Shown here piece by piece: positions 33,501-43,726 of a DNA stretch of 51,220 nucleotides. The DNA lies in NCBI GenBank assembly GCA_030167865.1, contig JALAGF010003284.1:1-51220 (forward strand). The letters run 5' to 3'. Numbering within the stretch: position 1 is the first letter of the stretch; each line of letters starts with the position of its first letter. Made by a program: the position numbers and the translations under genes. The notes under the pieces were generated by a model. That model saw only the letters and a program-made list of their open reading frames with translations, was not told the DNA's origin and made no database searches. Source of the DNA: Craspedostauros australis. Lineage: Eukaryota.

Positions 33501-33597
33501 TCGCCATGATCACAGCTCCCTTCGGGAACGTGAGCTGGGATTGGCGCGCATCGCCCTGGAAGGGGTGCTTCGCGACGTATCTCACCGGCTGTGCCAT
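18574..33597 (-). CDS. Giant 4617-aa protein: SH3 - low complexity - unknown - DUF3638/DUF3645 SF2-helicase-like P-loop ATPase - poly-E - EF-hands - Vps62-like domain (exons 33597-29747, 29476-26623, 26323-24615, 24353-21017, 20676-18574)
   Basis: Four GT-AG introns (270, 299, 261, 340 nt) join four track ORFs into one frame of 13854 nt. SH3 (YVAKHPF...WWWG...GWFPPTYV); QMIMGAGKTT; LLLDEVD; AIPFIGKDIPSRASQFSHPD; GFSGT; YDQIHTTGMD; QGAFRMRG; EF loops DRDRDGLLNFDD and DKDKDGYINLEE; Vps62-like WEPVPP..F.ALG and IWDDSGSGGRQGSIW. Confidence 0.88.
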
Positions 33598-33647
33598 GTT
33601 GCGTCAGGCCAGTCTCCGACGATTCGCGTGTGCCGAAGTCCTTGTCC

Positions 33648-33689
33648 TTGTTGAATGCTTGTTGAATGCTTGTTGAATGCTTGTTGAAT
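33648..33689. repeat. 11-nt tandem repeat (TTGTTGAATGC)x3.8, ~50 nt upstream of the giant gene ATG
   Basis: Direct reading of the sequence. Confidence 0.9.
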
Positions 33690-34107
33690 CCTTGTGCTGT
33701 GTGTTGGCGTCGGTGGCAGCGTCGGCGTTGGCACCAGTAATTACAGAATAGATCGTATAATCGTTCCTGCAGGAGACGGTAGATCGTGGAAAAGATGAAG
33801 GGAGGGAGGGGGAGAGCGGCAGCGACTATGGATGCGTCCTCACGCGGCGGATTGCCACCGAAGCCAGAGGACAGACCGACCAGGAAATAGCGGGCCTGCT
33901 TTTGGTGAAGATGAAGACTCTTGGATCTTCCTTTGCTCTTGCTCTTGCTCTTGGTGTTGCTGTTGCCGTGAGTCCTGCGAATACTTGCGGTGGCTGCGTT
34001 GCTGTTGCTGGGCGAAGCCAAACGAAAATGGATGCGAAAACCAACTTGGGCTGAATGGCGGAGATCCGCAGCAGAAAGGGGAGATCTTCAAACCTGGGAT
34101 CGTCGTT

Positions 34108-34141
34108 TCCTTGCGCTCCTTGCGCTCCTTGCGCTCCTTGC
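34108..34141. repeat. 9-nt tandem repeat (TCCTTGCGC)x3.8 in the divergent intergenic region
   Basis: Direct reading of the sequence. Confidence 0.9.
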
Positions 34142-35340
34142 CTGGTTGCGAAGGAGGAAGTTCACCAACTCTGCCGATGGGTGGAATGCGGGGGGATGGT
34201 CAAGCGATGTTCGTGGACCACACAGCTCTCCCTCTCGTGTTTCAGTCGCGGCAGATCTCTTGCTGTTGTTGTTGCTGTCGTTGTTGTTGTTGCTGCTGCT
34301 GTCGCTATGATTGTAGCAAGACAGGACGTCCTTGGAGATGTAGCACAGTTTGAAGAGCGGAGTCCCACGGCGCGTTCTCACGTTCGTTGCGGTGGTGATC
34401 CTCTCTCTTGGAGATACAACTCAGCTGTTCTTCGTTTTTGTGTCCTTGGCTCTCTCTCTCTCGGTCTTTGTTGTGTGTCGCCAATGATTTTGCCATTCGT
34501 GTTGTTGCACACACACACGCCGCCCTCCGCTGCTGCTGTTGCCAACGCATCCTCCATCCAAGCGCTCTGTGAAAGATTGCCCGCAGCCACCGTGATGTTG
34601 TGTGGGTTGGTTCGTGCATTGCGATCGCAGATCGAAGATCTTGTTCTCCATAGTACCATAACATGGATATCAATATGAACATGTGATGTACCATGCTGTA
34701 TCCATTGATTTCACAGAGTATTGACGAGACAAGAAGCGATAGTATCAACACGATCCGTTTCTAGAACGATACTATTCCGTAGATACATCATCTTCCGCCT
34801 CCAATGCAATCGAAGACACATGATGCGACATGAGGTACGACATAATATTGGCGTTTGCATGTGGGAGTCGCCAGTTTCAGTCCTGAGTTCCGGTCGTGTG
34901 AAAGATATCAATCGAGTCAAGCGTCCATCCATCAAATCAAACCAAACACGAACCCATCACAACCAACCGACAAACAATCACAGGCTGACGACAAAGGGAA
35001 CAACAACTGGGGGACAGAGAAAGAGGGAGGTCGTGGACGTGCCTCACGGTCGCCTCCATCGGACACAAGCGTGCACCCTGGAGCGGACTATGAAGCAGGG
35101 GATGGACTTGATGTGATCGTCGACTCTGTCGGTACCTATTGCGCCCGAGACCGAACACCCACACACACATACTATACGCCGAGAGAGAGGTGAACACCTC
35201 TGTGTTCCCGCTCCTGTTCATATCCATCCTTGAGCAAACTGGCAGGGCGCTTGCAACAGCAACAACGACGACGACGACGACGACGGAAAGCAGCGCAGAA
35301 AACGCAGAAGCAGTCGCAGCTTCCTTCATATTCGTTGAGT

Positions 35341-35360
35341 TGGATTGGATTGGATTGGAT
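35341..35360. repeat. (TGGAT)4 microsatellite just upstream of the RPC3 start
   Basis: Direct reading of the sequence. Confidence 0.9.
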
Positions 35361-35381
35361 TGACCCTCCAAACCCGCTACG

Positions 35382-37196
35382 ATGACAAATCCGTTCGCCC
35401 GCTTCGTCCATTCGGGACCTTTAACATCGATTTCCAGCGACCCAGCAATCCAGCTGGCCTCCAACTGCATCCGTGATTTCTTCGGACCCACGGTGCAAAC
35501 AGTGGCCGATTGTCTGCAGATGCGAGGGGATGAGTCCACTTTGGGGCAGATCATCTCCACCATCAACATCAAATCGCGGCTCAAGCAGCGGACGAAGGAG
35601 CGCTTGCACATCTTGCGCAGCTCGCAGCTGCGACCATCGAACAGCCGGGAGCTTTCCTCGTCCGCCATCAGGGCATCCTTGCTCACGCTCATCCAGCATT
35701 CCATCGTCATGGTGCGCAACAAAGGGGAGTCCAAAAGCCGTGGCAAGACACACCACGATGTGTACTTGTACCGAATCGACATGCAACGCGCCCGGCTCTT
35801 CATTCGGTACCCGAGGTTCCTGGAGTACACGAAGAAGGCTCTCAATGAGGTGGCTGCCTCGCTCATCGAAGAGCTCTTGGTGCAGGGGCGCATGTCCACG
35901 GTGCAGTGCGTGATTTCGACGGTGGAGCAGATACAGGAGAGGTCGGAACGAGAAGAAACTGTCACTCCTGGCAATAATCGTTACACCTGTCGGCAGGCCG
36001 TGCTGGAGAGCTTCCGACGTCTCGTCGGAGGAGGGTACATTGAAAAGGTGGAAATCATAGTCGATGAAGTAACGAGGGAACGTCAAGAACGCGAGGCGGA
36101 ATTCGAGATCGAACCCCAACCGAAGAAGCTGAAGCTTGAGGATGGAGGGAAAACTGCGGGTGTAGCTACGACTTCGAATGCAACTACGGATACGAGCATT
36201 GGCACGGCCGGAACTGACGACGGCGCCAAGCACCCAGCCGACGAAGACCCTGCCATCGTCGCACTGTTGCAGAGCGGGCCGTACAAAATACTCGATCGCA
36301 ACGCAGCCTGGAGAGTGAATGTGCGGATGTTCCACGACTCGCTTCGGGCAATGTCGCTGGGCCTTCTGGTGACGCAACGATTCAATCACAGACTCCAGTC
36401 AGCTGGTTCGCTAGTCACGGCACCGCTCAAGCTGGCTGCTCATAGACTCCACGCAGACCACGAAGTCGACTTCGAGGCACGCACGACGTTCAAAATCGCA
36501 GACATGAAAAGGTACATGCCAAAGGCAGTGCTGCAAGCGTACGACAAGAAGGCAGGGGGGTCGATGGTGAATATATACCATGCTCTCGTCAAGCTGTCGC
36601 AGATGACGCAACCGAGGGTGCTGGATCAGTTCGAGGTTGCGGATGGACGTCCGGAGGATGCCAAATTCCAAGTCTCCACCTCGAGGCTTGTCCAGTACTT
36701 GCAGGATAGAATCATCCACCAGCTGGTCTACGACAGATTCGGAGAGGTGGCCGCAAGGATCGTCGTCATCCTCATGCAAGCTGGGCACCTAGAATCAGAT
36801 GCCATCGCACAAGCCGCGACGGTCCCGAGCAAGGATACGCGAGAGATTCTCCACAAGCTGTACCGGGCGAACTACATCACCCTCTTCAACATCAATCAGG
36901 CCAAGCAACACAATCCATCGACCATGTTTTATCTATGGACAATCGATCGGCAACGCACCGCCCGCGCGGTGACCGACAACGTCCTGACATGCCTGCACAA
37001 CATGCGCCTGCGGCGACAGCACGAGGTCGAGGTAGGAAAAGAGTGGATCGAACGAGCCAAGGAGGCTGACGAAGGTGATGAGAACGATAACGAAACGGAC
37101 AAGATGAACTACATGAAGTTCTGCCAAGGCTTGGAACGTCTTGACAAAGCCATCCTTCAGCTGGATGAAACGCTCATGGTGCTCCGTGATTATTGA
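35382..37196 (+). CDS. POLR3C: DNA-directed RNA polymerase III subunit RPC3 (C62/C82), 604 aa
   Basis: IRDFFGP.V..V..CL..RG..TL, SLLTLIQH..V, IRYPRF, FGEVAARI...L...GHLE, VPSKDTREILHKL, TMFYLW and C-terminal coiled coil match the RPC3 winged-helix family. Confidence 0.9.
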   Translation: MTNPFARFVHSGPLTSISSDPAIQLASNCIRDFFGPTVQTVADCLQMRGDESTLGQIISTINIKSRLKQRTKERLHILRSSQLRPSNSRELSSSAIRASLLTLIQHSIVMVRNKGESKSRGKTHHDVYLYRIDMQRARLFIRYPRFLEYTKKALNEVAASLIEELLVQGRMSTVQCVISTVEQIQERSEREETVTPGNNRYTCRQAVLESFRRLVGGGYIEKVEIIVDEVTRERQEREAEFEIEPQPKKLKLEDGGKTAGVATTSNATTDTSIGTAGTDDGAKHPADEDPAIVALLQSGPYKILDRNAAWRVNVRMFHDSLRAMSLGLLVTQRFNHRLQSAGSLVTAPLKLAAHRLHADHEVDFEARTTFKIADMKRYMPKAVLQAYDKKAGGSMVNIYHALVKLSQMTQPRVLDQFEVADGRPEDAKFQVSTSRLVQYLQDRIIHQLVYDRFGEVAARIVVILMQAGHLESDAIAQAATVPSKDTREILHKLYRANYITLFNINQAKQHNPSTMFYLWTIDRQRTARAVTDNVLTCLHNMRLRRQHEVEVGKEWIERAKEADEGDENDNETDKMNYMKFCQGLERLDKAILQLDETLMVLRDY

Positions 37197-37552
37197 GAAA
37201 CAGCACAATGGGCATACATACGAGTACGAGCGCAATTACGTCGTGTGATGGTCTTGGCTGACTTCCAGCGACGGCGGGCAAGATGAATTGGTCGTAGGAG
37301 GGTCAACCGTGATACCAACTGTTGCGAGTCGCAGTAATACTCGTAAAAACATGTCTAGGTACGACAGTCCTCCGCACAGCATTCCCGAAGTTACAACAGA
37401 GAATGGCAGAGAATGACGGGATCGTGCGTACCAGTAAGATTATTCTTTGCGGTGCTGTATTGCTTCTCCCGGTCCTATTCGCTGCTGCAATTCTTGAACT
37501 CTCTCTCTCTCTGCATGTGTTCTCGCACGCACGAGTATGTATGCGACGCGCG

Positions 37553-37574
37553 CTCTCTCTCTCTCTCTCTCTCT
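37553..37574. repeat. (CT)11 microsatellite abutting the INTS6-like stop codon
   Basis: Direct reading of the sequence; TAG on the minus strand at 37575-37573. Confidence 0.95.
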
Positions 37575-40500
37575 AGATCGAATTATCCTGCGGAGGCCAC
37601 TGCCAAACGCTGCGATTGGTTTTCGTGTCGAAGAAGTACCATCGTTTCTGTCCCTTCGACCAAACGCAAAGCCAGCCTTCGGGCAGGGTTACTTCTGGTT
37701 TCTTGTTTGGAGATTGCAGATCCAGCGGCGCCGCAGCTGGTCCTGCCTGTGCTATCGTTTTGCGAGTCACATGAGGTGTTTCTGGTAGCTTAGAGACGAT
37801 GCTTGGCCTCGGCGGTGGAGCTGAAGGTACCACGCTTTTGCTTGCTGGTGGCTTTGGCGGACGTGGCGGCGGAGCATTGTGTTTCGGTTTCCTTGGTGGC
37901 TTGGGTGCGCCAGGCCCGGACGATGGTGCCGGTGCCGGTGCCGGTGGCGCTCCGCCCTTTGCCTTCGACCGATCGCCCGCGACGCCTTGGCTGGGAGGTG
38001 GTGCTGGTGGTAAAGCGGATGGATTGGGGTTTCCGGCAGGTCCTTTTCGTCTTGGAGGAGGTGGGCGACCAGCACCCGGCTGCTTTGGTGGCGGTGGGCG
38101 TTTCGGCGGCTGAGATGGCTTTGGCGGTGGTCTCGGAGGACATGGTTTGGCAGCACTACTGCTTTTCGGTTTCGGTGCTGAGATGGGGGCCGAAACCTTG
38201 GGCTGTTCAGGGGACGTCGCTGGGCCGGTTGGCTGCATCTGCACATCCGAACCACTGGCACTCCGATCCTTGGTGGTGACGGCGGTGGCACTGCTGCTGC
38301 TGCCACTTGCATTGCTGACACTGGCACTGCTGGAAGCGGCGGAACCAGTGGGACTGATGGTGTGTGTGCTTGCGTTTCCACTGGTGCTGGCGCCGACGCT
38401 TGCGCCCGTGTATGGAGATGGAGATGGGGGAGGAGCGACCTTGGCTTCCAGCATCATGCTTTCATCTTCATTTTCGATTCTCGATGGTGATGTCCTGCTT
38501 GGGCTCTTCCTTGAGAAAATGGCTTCGCCTTCGCCCTCGGCGGCAGAAAAGGCATCGTGCGGCGGGGATCCTGGCGGTGTCAGCAAATCGTCGCTATCAT
38601 CACCTGCATTCTTGCGCATAGCAGATGGGCGTTGATTCAAAAATTTCTCAGGGATGATAGAATCTGCCCGCTTATCCTTAAACGGGTTGCCGAAGTTGAT
38701 GACGAGACGGGACTTGACGCGGGCTTGCATGGAATCCAGGAATTCACCGGTGGTAGGATCGAAGAACGACATTGGCATCGCATCATCGTCGACGGACCAG
38801 ATGGGCGATCCGTCTGGTGCGGTGGTAGATGCCACTCCGACACAATCATTCGAACCATGACCGACGACAGGCGCCCTTGACCAAATCAATCGCTCTCTGT
38901 AGTCGCCCATCTTGACGGTCGTTGTTGCGTTGAATCGCGAAGCACCAACGCCTGCCAACGTGAGCAGCTGTTCATCTTTGTTGCTTGCGTCTGCAGAGCA
39001 GCGCTGCGCATTGCTTCCATCGTTATTGGTCCCATTGACGAAGATCCCCCTTGTTGTGAGTCCTGACCCTCCAAATATCCATCGACGACGCGATTCGTAA
39101 TATGCAAGCAGGCAAGATGCAGGGAGGTCGCCAAGGACGTCGCATACCTTTCTTCTCTTACTGTCGGCGGTGGATACGGCAATGCTGCTGCTGCTGCTGT
39201 TGCTCATGTTGTTGCTGCCACTGCTGCCACCGGCGGTGGTAGTATTGTTCGTGCCACCTTGCTGTGAGCCCGTAGACTTGCTGGCTTCTGCCTCCTTGCG
39301 AGCGTTGCTAAGAACTGTTCTCGTCTGTGCATTCGCTCGCCGTCGTTGTGGTGGGGGCATGTTCTTCAAAGCGGACAAGTAGCTCGTGACCGATGAGCGT
39401 GGATCGAACTGACCGTAGCCGATATACACAGTCTGCGACGCGTCCGCCTGCGATGATCCAACGTCTCCATTCCATTTCCTCTTGTTGGCATTTTGTGGCT
39501 GCTGTTGCTGTTGTTGCTTTGATTGTACAGCTGAAAGCGAATGTCCACCTCGCCGCCGAAGCTCCAGCTCTTGCCTCTCCAACCTCTCGTTGCTCTCCCT
39601 CGCAAGCTGCTCCCCCGCCCTTATCTTCTGCAGACACATCTTCGAGAAGCACTGCGATGATAGCATACCATCCGACGAGTCGGTGCTGAGCAAGGAATGC
39701 ATGCTTGTTGGGAGCAAGGCACGCAGACTCCATTTCAGCGCTGGAAGGTAGTAACATGGGACACGGAAGAGGTATGCGCTGAAGTCGCTCCTCCAATGCT
39801 CATTGAGGTGCACGTTCTTGGAGATCGTTTGGAGTTGCTTTTGGGACAGCTGTTTTGGCTTCGTTTCACGTTCGTGGGCCTGTCCCTGCCCCTGGCTTGC
39901 TTGGCTTTCCGCCACGGCGAGTGCCTTTCGCAAAGCGCGGTGCTCCGTTTCAGCGGCACGCAGGAGCAATGGAAGGAGCACCTGGGGTTCAGGTGGTAGC
40001 AGCACGAGCGTTGACAGCCGCGCGTTACAAGGACCAGCATGCGCCAAAGTCGAGGTGTCTCTTGGAACATGCAGAATGCCGACGTTTAAGAAGTTCACCT
40101 CTCCCTCGCTTAGAATAGGACGACCAGCCCCGGCGACGAGGACGGGGTAATGTTCCGACCCAGCGACGCTAGGCGGTGCTTTTGGCCTGCCCCCGCCCAC
40201 CGATATCCACTCACACAAGTATACGTCTCGTCGTAGCAGCCGCATGGGCTGCGTGCTGTTGCTTTTGATGTGCATGTTCAGCAACGTCATTTGGTCAAGC
40301 CGTTGCATCATCTTCATGACGACGGACGCGTCGAAGCTCTTAGATCCCAGGTTGGATGGGTATCTAGAAAACAACAGCTGTGGCTGCGCAGGCCTTGGTG
40401 GAAGCGTGTCAAACTTTTTGTTTGGGAAGTAGGCCTCGGGTATGCACCAGACTGGTGCTTGCTGCTGTGTCTCGGGAGAAACGGGTGGCAGTGGCGAGTT

Positions 40501-41841
40501 TGCCATGGACGGCAATAGCGCGGCTACGTCATGCGATGTCAGTTGCTTTTGGTCCGACCCCGTCAGCAGCAGCATCGCTCGATGTTTGGTGGGAGGCGAC
40601 CCATCGGGCGCAATCTCCATGCTTTGGAAGCAACACACAGGGCCACCGCCGACGAAGGTCCCGGCCTGCTCGATTTTTATTCGAGCTGAGTCAGCCCCAC
40701 CGCTGATGTTGCCCGTGCCGGGGTTGATCTGCAACGGATCAGGCACCGTCAGCCCGACTGGACGAGGTGGCGATATAACTCTGAGCAAAGAATCGATAGT
40801 CGATGAAAGTCGCGAGGTGGAACTGAGCATCTGATGGTTGCCACCCGTGACTTCGCAGAGCGCTCTGAGGTGCGGATGGAGATACTGGCTTGATGGTTGG
40901 CCCTCTTTGCCACCGATTCCCAAACAGAATATGCGCTGATCCCACCGGAACGGTTCTTTGTAAAATTCTTTGAGGGGCATGGCTCCGTACTGCAGCTGTA
41001 GCGAGCCACCGCCTTCCGACGGCAGCGATCGCAAGCAGACCCCGTCGGTGAGTAACACGAGACAAGCTGGCTGCAATGCGTGGGCCGATGTACCTCCGTT
41101 CGGATTGAGCATCGCGGGAGATGTCAGTCGCCCCATGCCGAAATTCTCGGTTGTACGGTGGCTGAGCCTGTACCTCGATAAGAGTTGCAACCCAGATGAC
41201 AGTGCGATGTTCAGCCCGTTGGCCCCACCGGCGTCTTCGGGGAAAAGGGCAGGGTTCGAGGATCCGGATGGATCCTTGTTGCTTGGGGTGTTCGTTGTCG
41301 TCGCCGCAGCATTTCCATTCGGATCCCACACGGCCGACTTCAGACGCTTCAGTTCCTTCTGGAAGCACTCTGCGTGATTGTGGTGGGCGATGTGATGATC
41401 CATCGATCCTTCCATCCCACCCTGCTCGATCGCTTCGCCGTAGCCAACCAGCAGCCTGCCGCTGGCACCGCATGCCGCTATGCCCGGCCGCTTCGGATAC
41501 TGCCGGCTCGTCGACAGCAACAAGAGCTCATCGTTCGGGGAAGGCCCCAGACCGAGACTCCGCATGGCCGCTTGCGTCGCCGCTGGCTCCTTTTGCAGTT
41601 GCGTGTTGTGCTCGTTCAGACGACGGTTCAGCCCTTTCACGATGCTCTCCACAGCCATCTTGGCGAGATCCAGTCGAGACATGCCTTTGCCGCTGGATGA
41701 GGATGACGATGATGACGACACGGACGACGACGACGACGACGACGACGACGATGATGGAACTGGCATCGGTGGGCTCTGCTTGTCGGAAGCGAGCGGGAGC
41801 CCCATCGAGGGCGACGTATCGATCACGAACACGACGATCAT
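37573..41841 (-). CDS. INTS6: Integrator complex subunit 6-like VWA protein with Pro-rich linker and C-terminal WW domain (1422 aa)
   Basis: MIVVFVIDTSPSM (DxSxS), SRLDLAK.AVE, EPFRWDQRIF, ALCEVTGG, W.IPE, LPPR.AQP, FGNPFK; WW LPEGW...RWYFF...SVWQWP. ATG at 41841 (track start 41856 is TTG). Confidence 0.85.
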   Translation of the reverse strand: MIVVFVIDTSPSMGLPLASDKQSPPMPVPSSSSSSSSSSSVSSSSSSSSSGKGMSRLDLAKMAVESIVKGLNRRLNEHNTQLQKEPAATQAAMRSLGLGPSPNDELLLLSTSRQYPKRPGIAACGASGRLLVGYGEAIEQGGMEGSMDHHIAHHNHAECFQKELKRLKSAVWDPNGNAAATTTNTPSNKDPSGSSNPALFPEDAGGANGLNIALSSGLQLLSRYRLSHRTTENFGMGRLTSPAMLNPNGGTSAHALQPACLVLLTDGVCLRSLPSEGGGSLQLQYGAMPLKEFYKEPFRWDQRIFCLGIGGKEGQPSSQYLHPHLRALCEVTGGNHQMLSSTSRLSSTIDSLLRVISPPRPVGLTVPDPLQINPGTGNISGGADSARIKIEQAGTFVGGGPVCCFQSMEIAPDGSPPTKHRAMLLLTGSDQKQLTSHDVAALLPSMANSPLPPVSPETQQQAPVWCIPEAYFPNKKFDTLPPRPAQPQLLFSRYPSNLGSKSFDASVVMKMMQRLDQMTLLNMHIKSNSTQPMRLLRRDVYLCEWISVGGGRPKAPPSVAGSEHYPVLVAGAGRPILSEGEVNFLNVGILHVPRDTSTLAHAGPCNARLSTLVLLPPEPQVLLPLLLRAAETEHRALRKALAVAESQASQGQGQAHERETKPKQLSQKQLQTISKNVHLNEHWRSDFSAYLFRVPCYYLPALKWSLRALLPTSMHSLLSTDSSDGMLSSQCFSKMCLQKIRAGEQLARESNERLERQELELRRRGGHSLSAVQSKQQQQQQPQNANKRKWNGDVGSSQADASQTVYIGYGQFDPRSSVTSYLSALKNMPPPQRRRANAQTRTVLSNARKEAEASKSTGSQQGGTNNTTTAGGSSGSNNMSNSSSSSIAVSTADSKRRKVCDVLGDLPASCLLAYYESRRRWIFGGSGLTTRGIFVNGTNNDGSNAQRCSADASNKDEQLLTLAGVGASRFNATTTVKMGDYRERLIWSRAPVVGHGSNDCVGVASTTAPDGSPIWSVDDDAMPMSFFDPTTGEFLDSMQARVKSRLVINFGNPFKDKRADSIIPEKFLNQRPSAMRKNAGDDSDDLLTPPGSPPHDAFSAAEGEGEAIFSRKSPSRTSPSRIENEDESMMLEAKVAPPPSPSPYTGASVGASTSGNASTHTISPTGSAASSSASVSNASGSSSSATAVTTKDRSASGSDVQMQPTGPATSPEQPKVSAPISAPKPKSSSAAKPCPPRPPPKPSQPPKRPPPPKQPGAGRPPPPRRKGPAGNPNPSALPPAPPPSQGVAGDRSKAKGGAPPAPAPAPSSGPGAPKPPRKPKHNAPPPRPPKPPASKSVVPSAPPPRPSIVSKLPETPHVTRKTIAQAGPAAAPLDLQSPNKKPEVTLPEGWLCVWSKGQKRWYFFDTKTNRSVWQWPPQDNSI

Positions 41842-42433
41842 GATGGTGAAGAACAACGGAGAAGAGCAAGACGTAGTTCAATGGTACGAGTAGAGACTGA
41901 TGATGATGAATCCCTGTGCTTCTGGAGGACAATGGAATGGAGTGGAGCGGATTGAAGTGGAGTGGAGTGGAGTGGAGTCAACGTCAGGCTTCAGTGATGA
42001 TGGCCAAGACAGTGATGTCCACGATGATGTTGCTCGCATCCATGGAGGATCTCGTGTTCTGTTGGCTGCTTCAGTTGGTGACCGTGATGATTGTTGTTGG
42101 TCCGATCTTGTTCGTGGTCAAATCATTCACTCAACGAAATCGTAAATGAAATGAATAGCAATATCACCGCAACTTTTACTCCGAACGAGTTTGACAGTTC
42201 TCCCAACAGCCCGGAGGTCACAAACAGGCCGTTTCGTGGAACAGTTGTTGGCGGTGTCGGATTCTGCGCACAGACGGGCATGTACGGGCGAAGGATATTA
42301 AACGGGTGCTCTATGTACCTATGGTAGATGTCATAAAACTGTCGGACCGTCGAGACGTAATTGTGCATGGTAGTCGTGAGGATTGTGTACCTACGACCTC
42401 TGTACATAGTGGCTACGGCGCAGGCACGGGAAG

Positions 42434-43633
42434 TCAATGCGCCGCTTCCTTCTTGAAAGAACCCTCCAGGTAAGCCACGACAGCGTGCATGGAGTCAAAG
42501 CTGGAATCATGCACCTCCCACACGTCACCGTCCCACGTCAAATGGAATGTCGAGCTCCCCGTACCTTCAGCTTCAGCTCCGCTTCCATTCAGCATGTGAG
42601 TTGGCGTTGGAGGTTGACGTCCATCTCCAGCCACCACTGCCACCGAGCTCTTTTTCCAAAGTGCACGCCCTTCCAACCAAGGATGGGTGGCGCAATCAAT
42701 CATCCAACCTTGTGAAATCCTCCCGTGGCCACCGTTGACGCTGAGGTACGATCTGGCGACATCGACCTTGCCTCTTTCCAGCAGATAGTCCACCATGTCC
42801 ACAAGAGTGGCGCAGTGACTGCCAGCCGCTTGCTGCCGTCCGTCCTCGTCCACTGGCCAGTGCCGGTCGAACACGTAGTTGAAATGGTCCCCGCAGATTA
42901 CCACGACACCGTCGCGACCATTTCCACGACGCTTTCTCAATGCCAGTCGAGGCACGGCCGATCCCTCCTGTCTGCGCTGCCATCGCTCCATGTAATAGTG
43001 CTGCCGATGATCGTCCGTGGCGTACGACATCTCCTTCCACACATGACCATCGCTCCTCATCTCAACCCACCACTTGTTAGGTCGATTTCTGGCCACTCCG
43101 ACGTAGTTCCAATCGATGCAATGGTGTCTCGTGCAGACAAGCCGGCCCTTCTCTGTCTGCATCTTCGTGTATCCGGCAAATACGTGCTGTCTCGATAGAA
43201 TTCGCAACTGTTGCGTCGACAGATCCCGCAATGAAGCGACTTCTGGATCCATCTTGAGCAGAGCCTTCCTAGCTCTCGGTATCCTCAAATCGATGAAGAG
43301 GTTGCTCGTTTGGACGTTGTACACATGCTCGTCGCAGTTCGTCGAGTGCTCCCAGCCGCCAGCAAACAATGGTCTGTCCCAGCATCCTGCGAGCGAGACT
43401 TTTGGGGGCAGCTCGTCATCATCTTCGTTGCTCCATGACCAGAAGACAGCGTGCGTTCGGCCGTCCTGGAGCAAACGGTGCGGCAGCTCCCCTTCTTCGA
43501 ATCCGAAGCCTCTGTCCTCGTGGAAGTAAGTGCTCGCCATACCACCGCCAGTCAGGATGCGGCCTTGCTTGTTCGTCCACCCGAGATGCTCCTCCATGCT
43601 CGGCTCGATGACGTCCTTTTCTGCATCTCCCAT
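42434..43633 (-). CDS. Uncharacterised 399-aa protein, possibly HRI1-like
   Basis: Clean ATG-initiated ORF; FIDLRIP...FAGY...RHHCIDWN...YMERW pattern recalls HRI1-family proteins (from memory, unverified). Confidence 0.6.
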   Translation of the reverse strand: MGDAEKDVIEPSMEEHLGWTNKQGRILTGGGMASTYFHEDRGFGFEEGELPHRLLQDGRTHAVFWSWSNEDDDELPPKVSLAGCWDRPLFAGGWEHSTNCDEHVYNVQTSNLFIDLRIPRARKALLKMDPEVASLRDLSTQQLRILSRQHVFAGYTKMQTEKGRLVCTRHHCIDWNYVGVARNRPNKWWVEMRSDGHVWKEMSYATDDHRQHYYMERWQRRQEGSAVPRLALRKRRGNGRDGVVVICGDHFNYVFDRHWPVDEDGRQQAAGSHCATLVDMVDYLLERGKVDVARSYLSVNGGHGRISQGWMIDCATHPWLEGRALWKKSSVAVVAGDGRQPPTPTHMLNGSGAEAEGTGSSTFHLTWDGDVWEVHDSSFDSMHAVVAYLEGSFKKEAAH

Positions 43634-43704
43634 CGTGCAATTCAGGGCATGAGACTTCTATTCATTGCATTCGTGTCAGCACTCTCCATCCTCGGTCTCC
43701 TCTT

Positions 43705-43726
43705 CTCTCTCTCTCTCTCTCTCTCT
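43705..43726. repeat. (CT)11 microsatellite upstream of the HRI1-like gene
   Basis: Direct reading of the sequence. Confidence 0.95.

Noticed and set aside
18574..33597. Four separate genes as suggested by the ORF track
   Set aside because: Canonical splice sites with matching phases join them; the ORF ends are intronic read-through.
33044..35974. ORFs 33044-34021, 34055-34678 and 34937-35974
   Set aside because: Microsatellite-driven or antisense to real genes; no domain signal.
15777..41841. CWC25, RPC3 and INTS6 as a functional RNA-processing cluster
   Set aside because: Different complexes, mixed orientations and unrelated genes between them; chance neighbourhood is sufficient.
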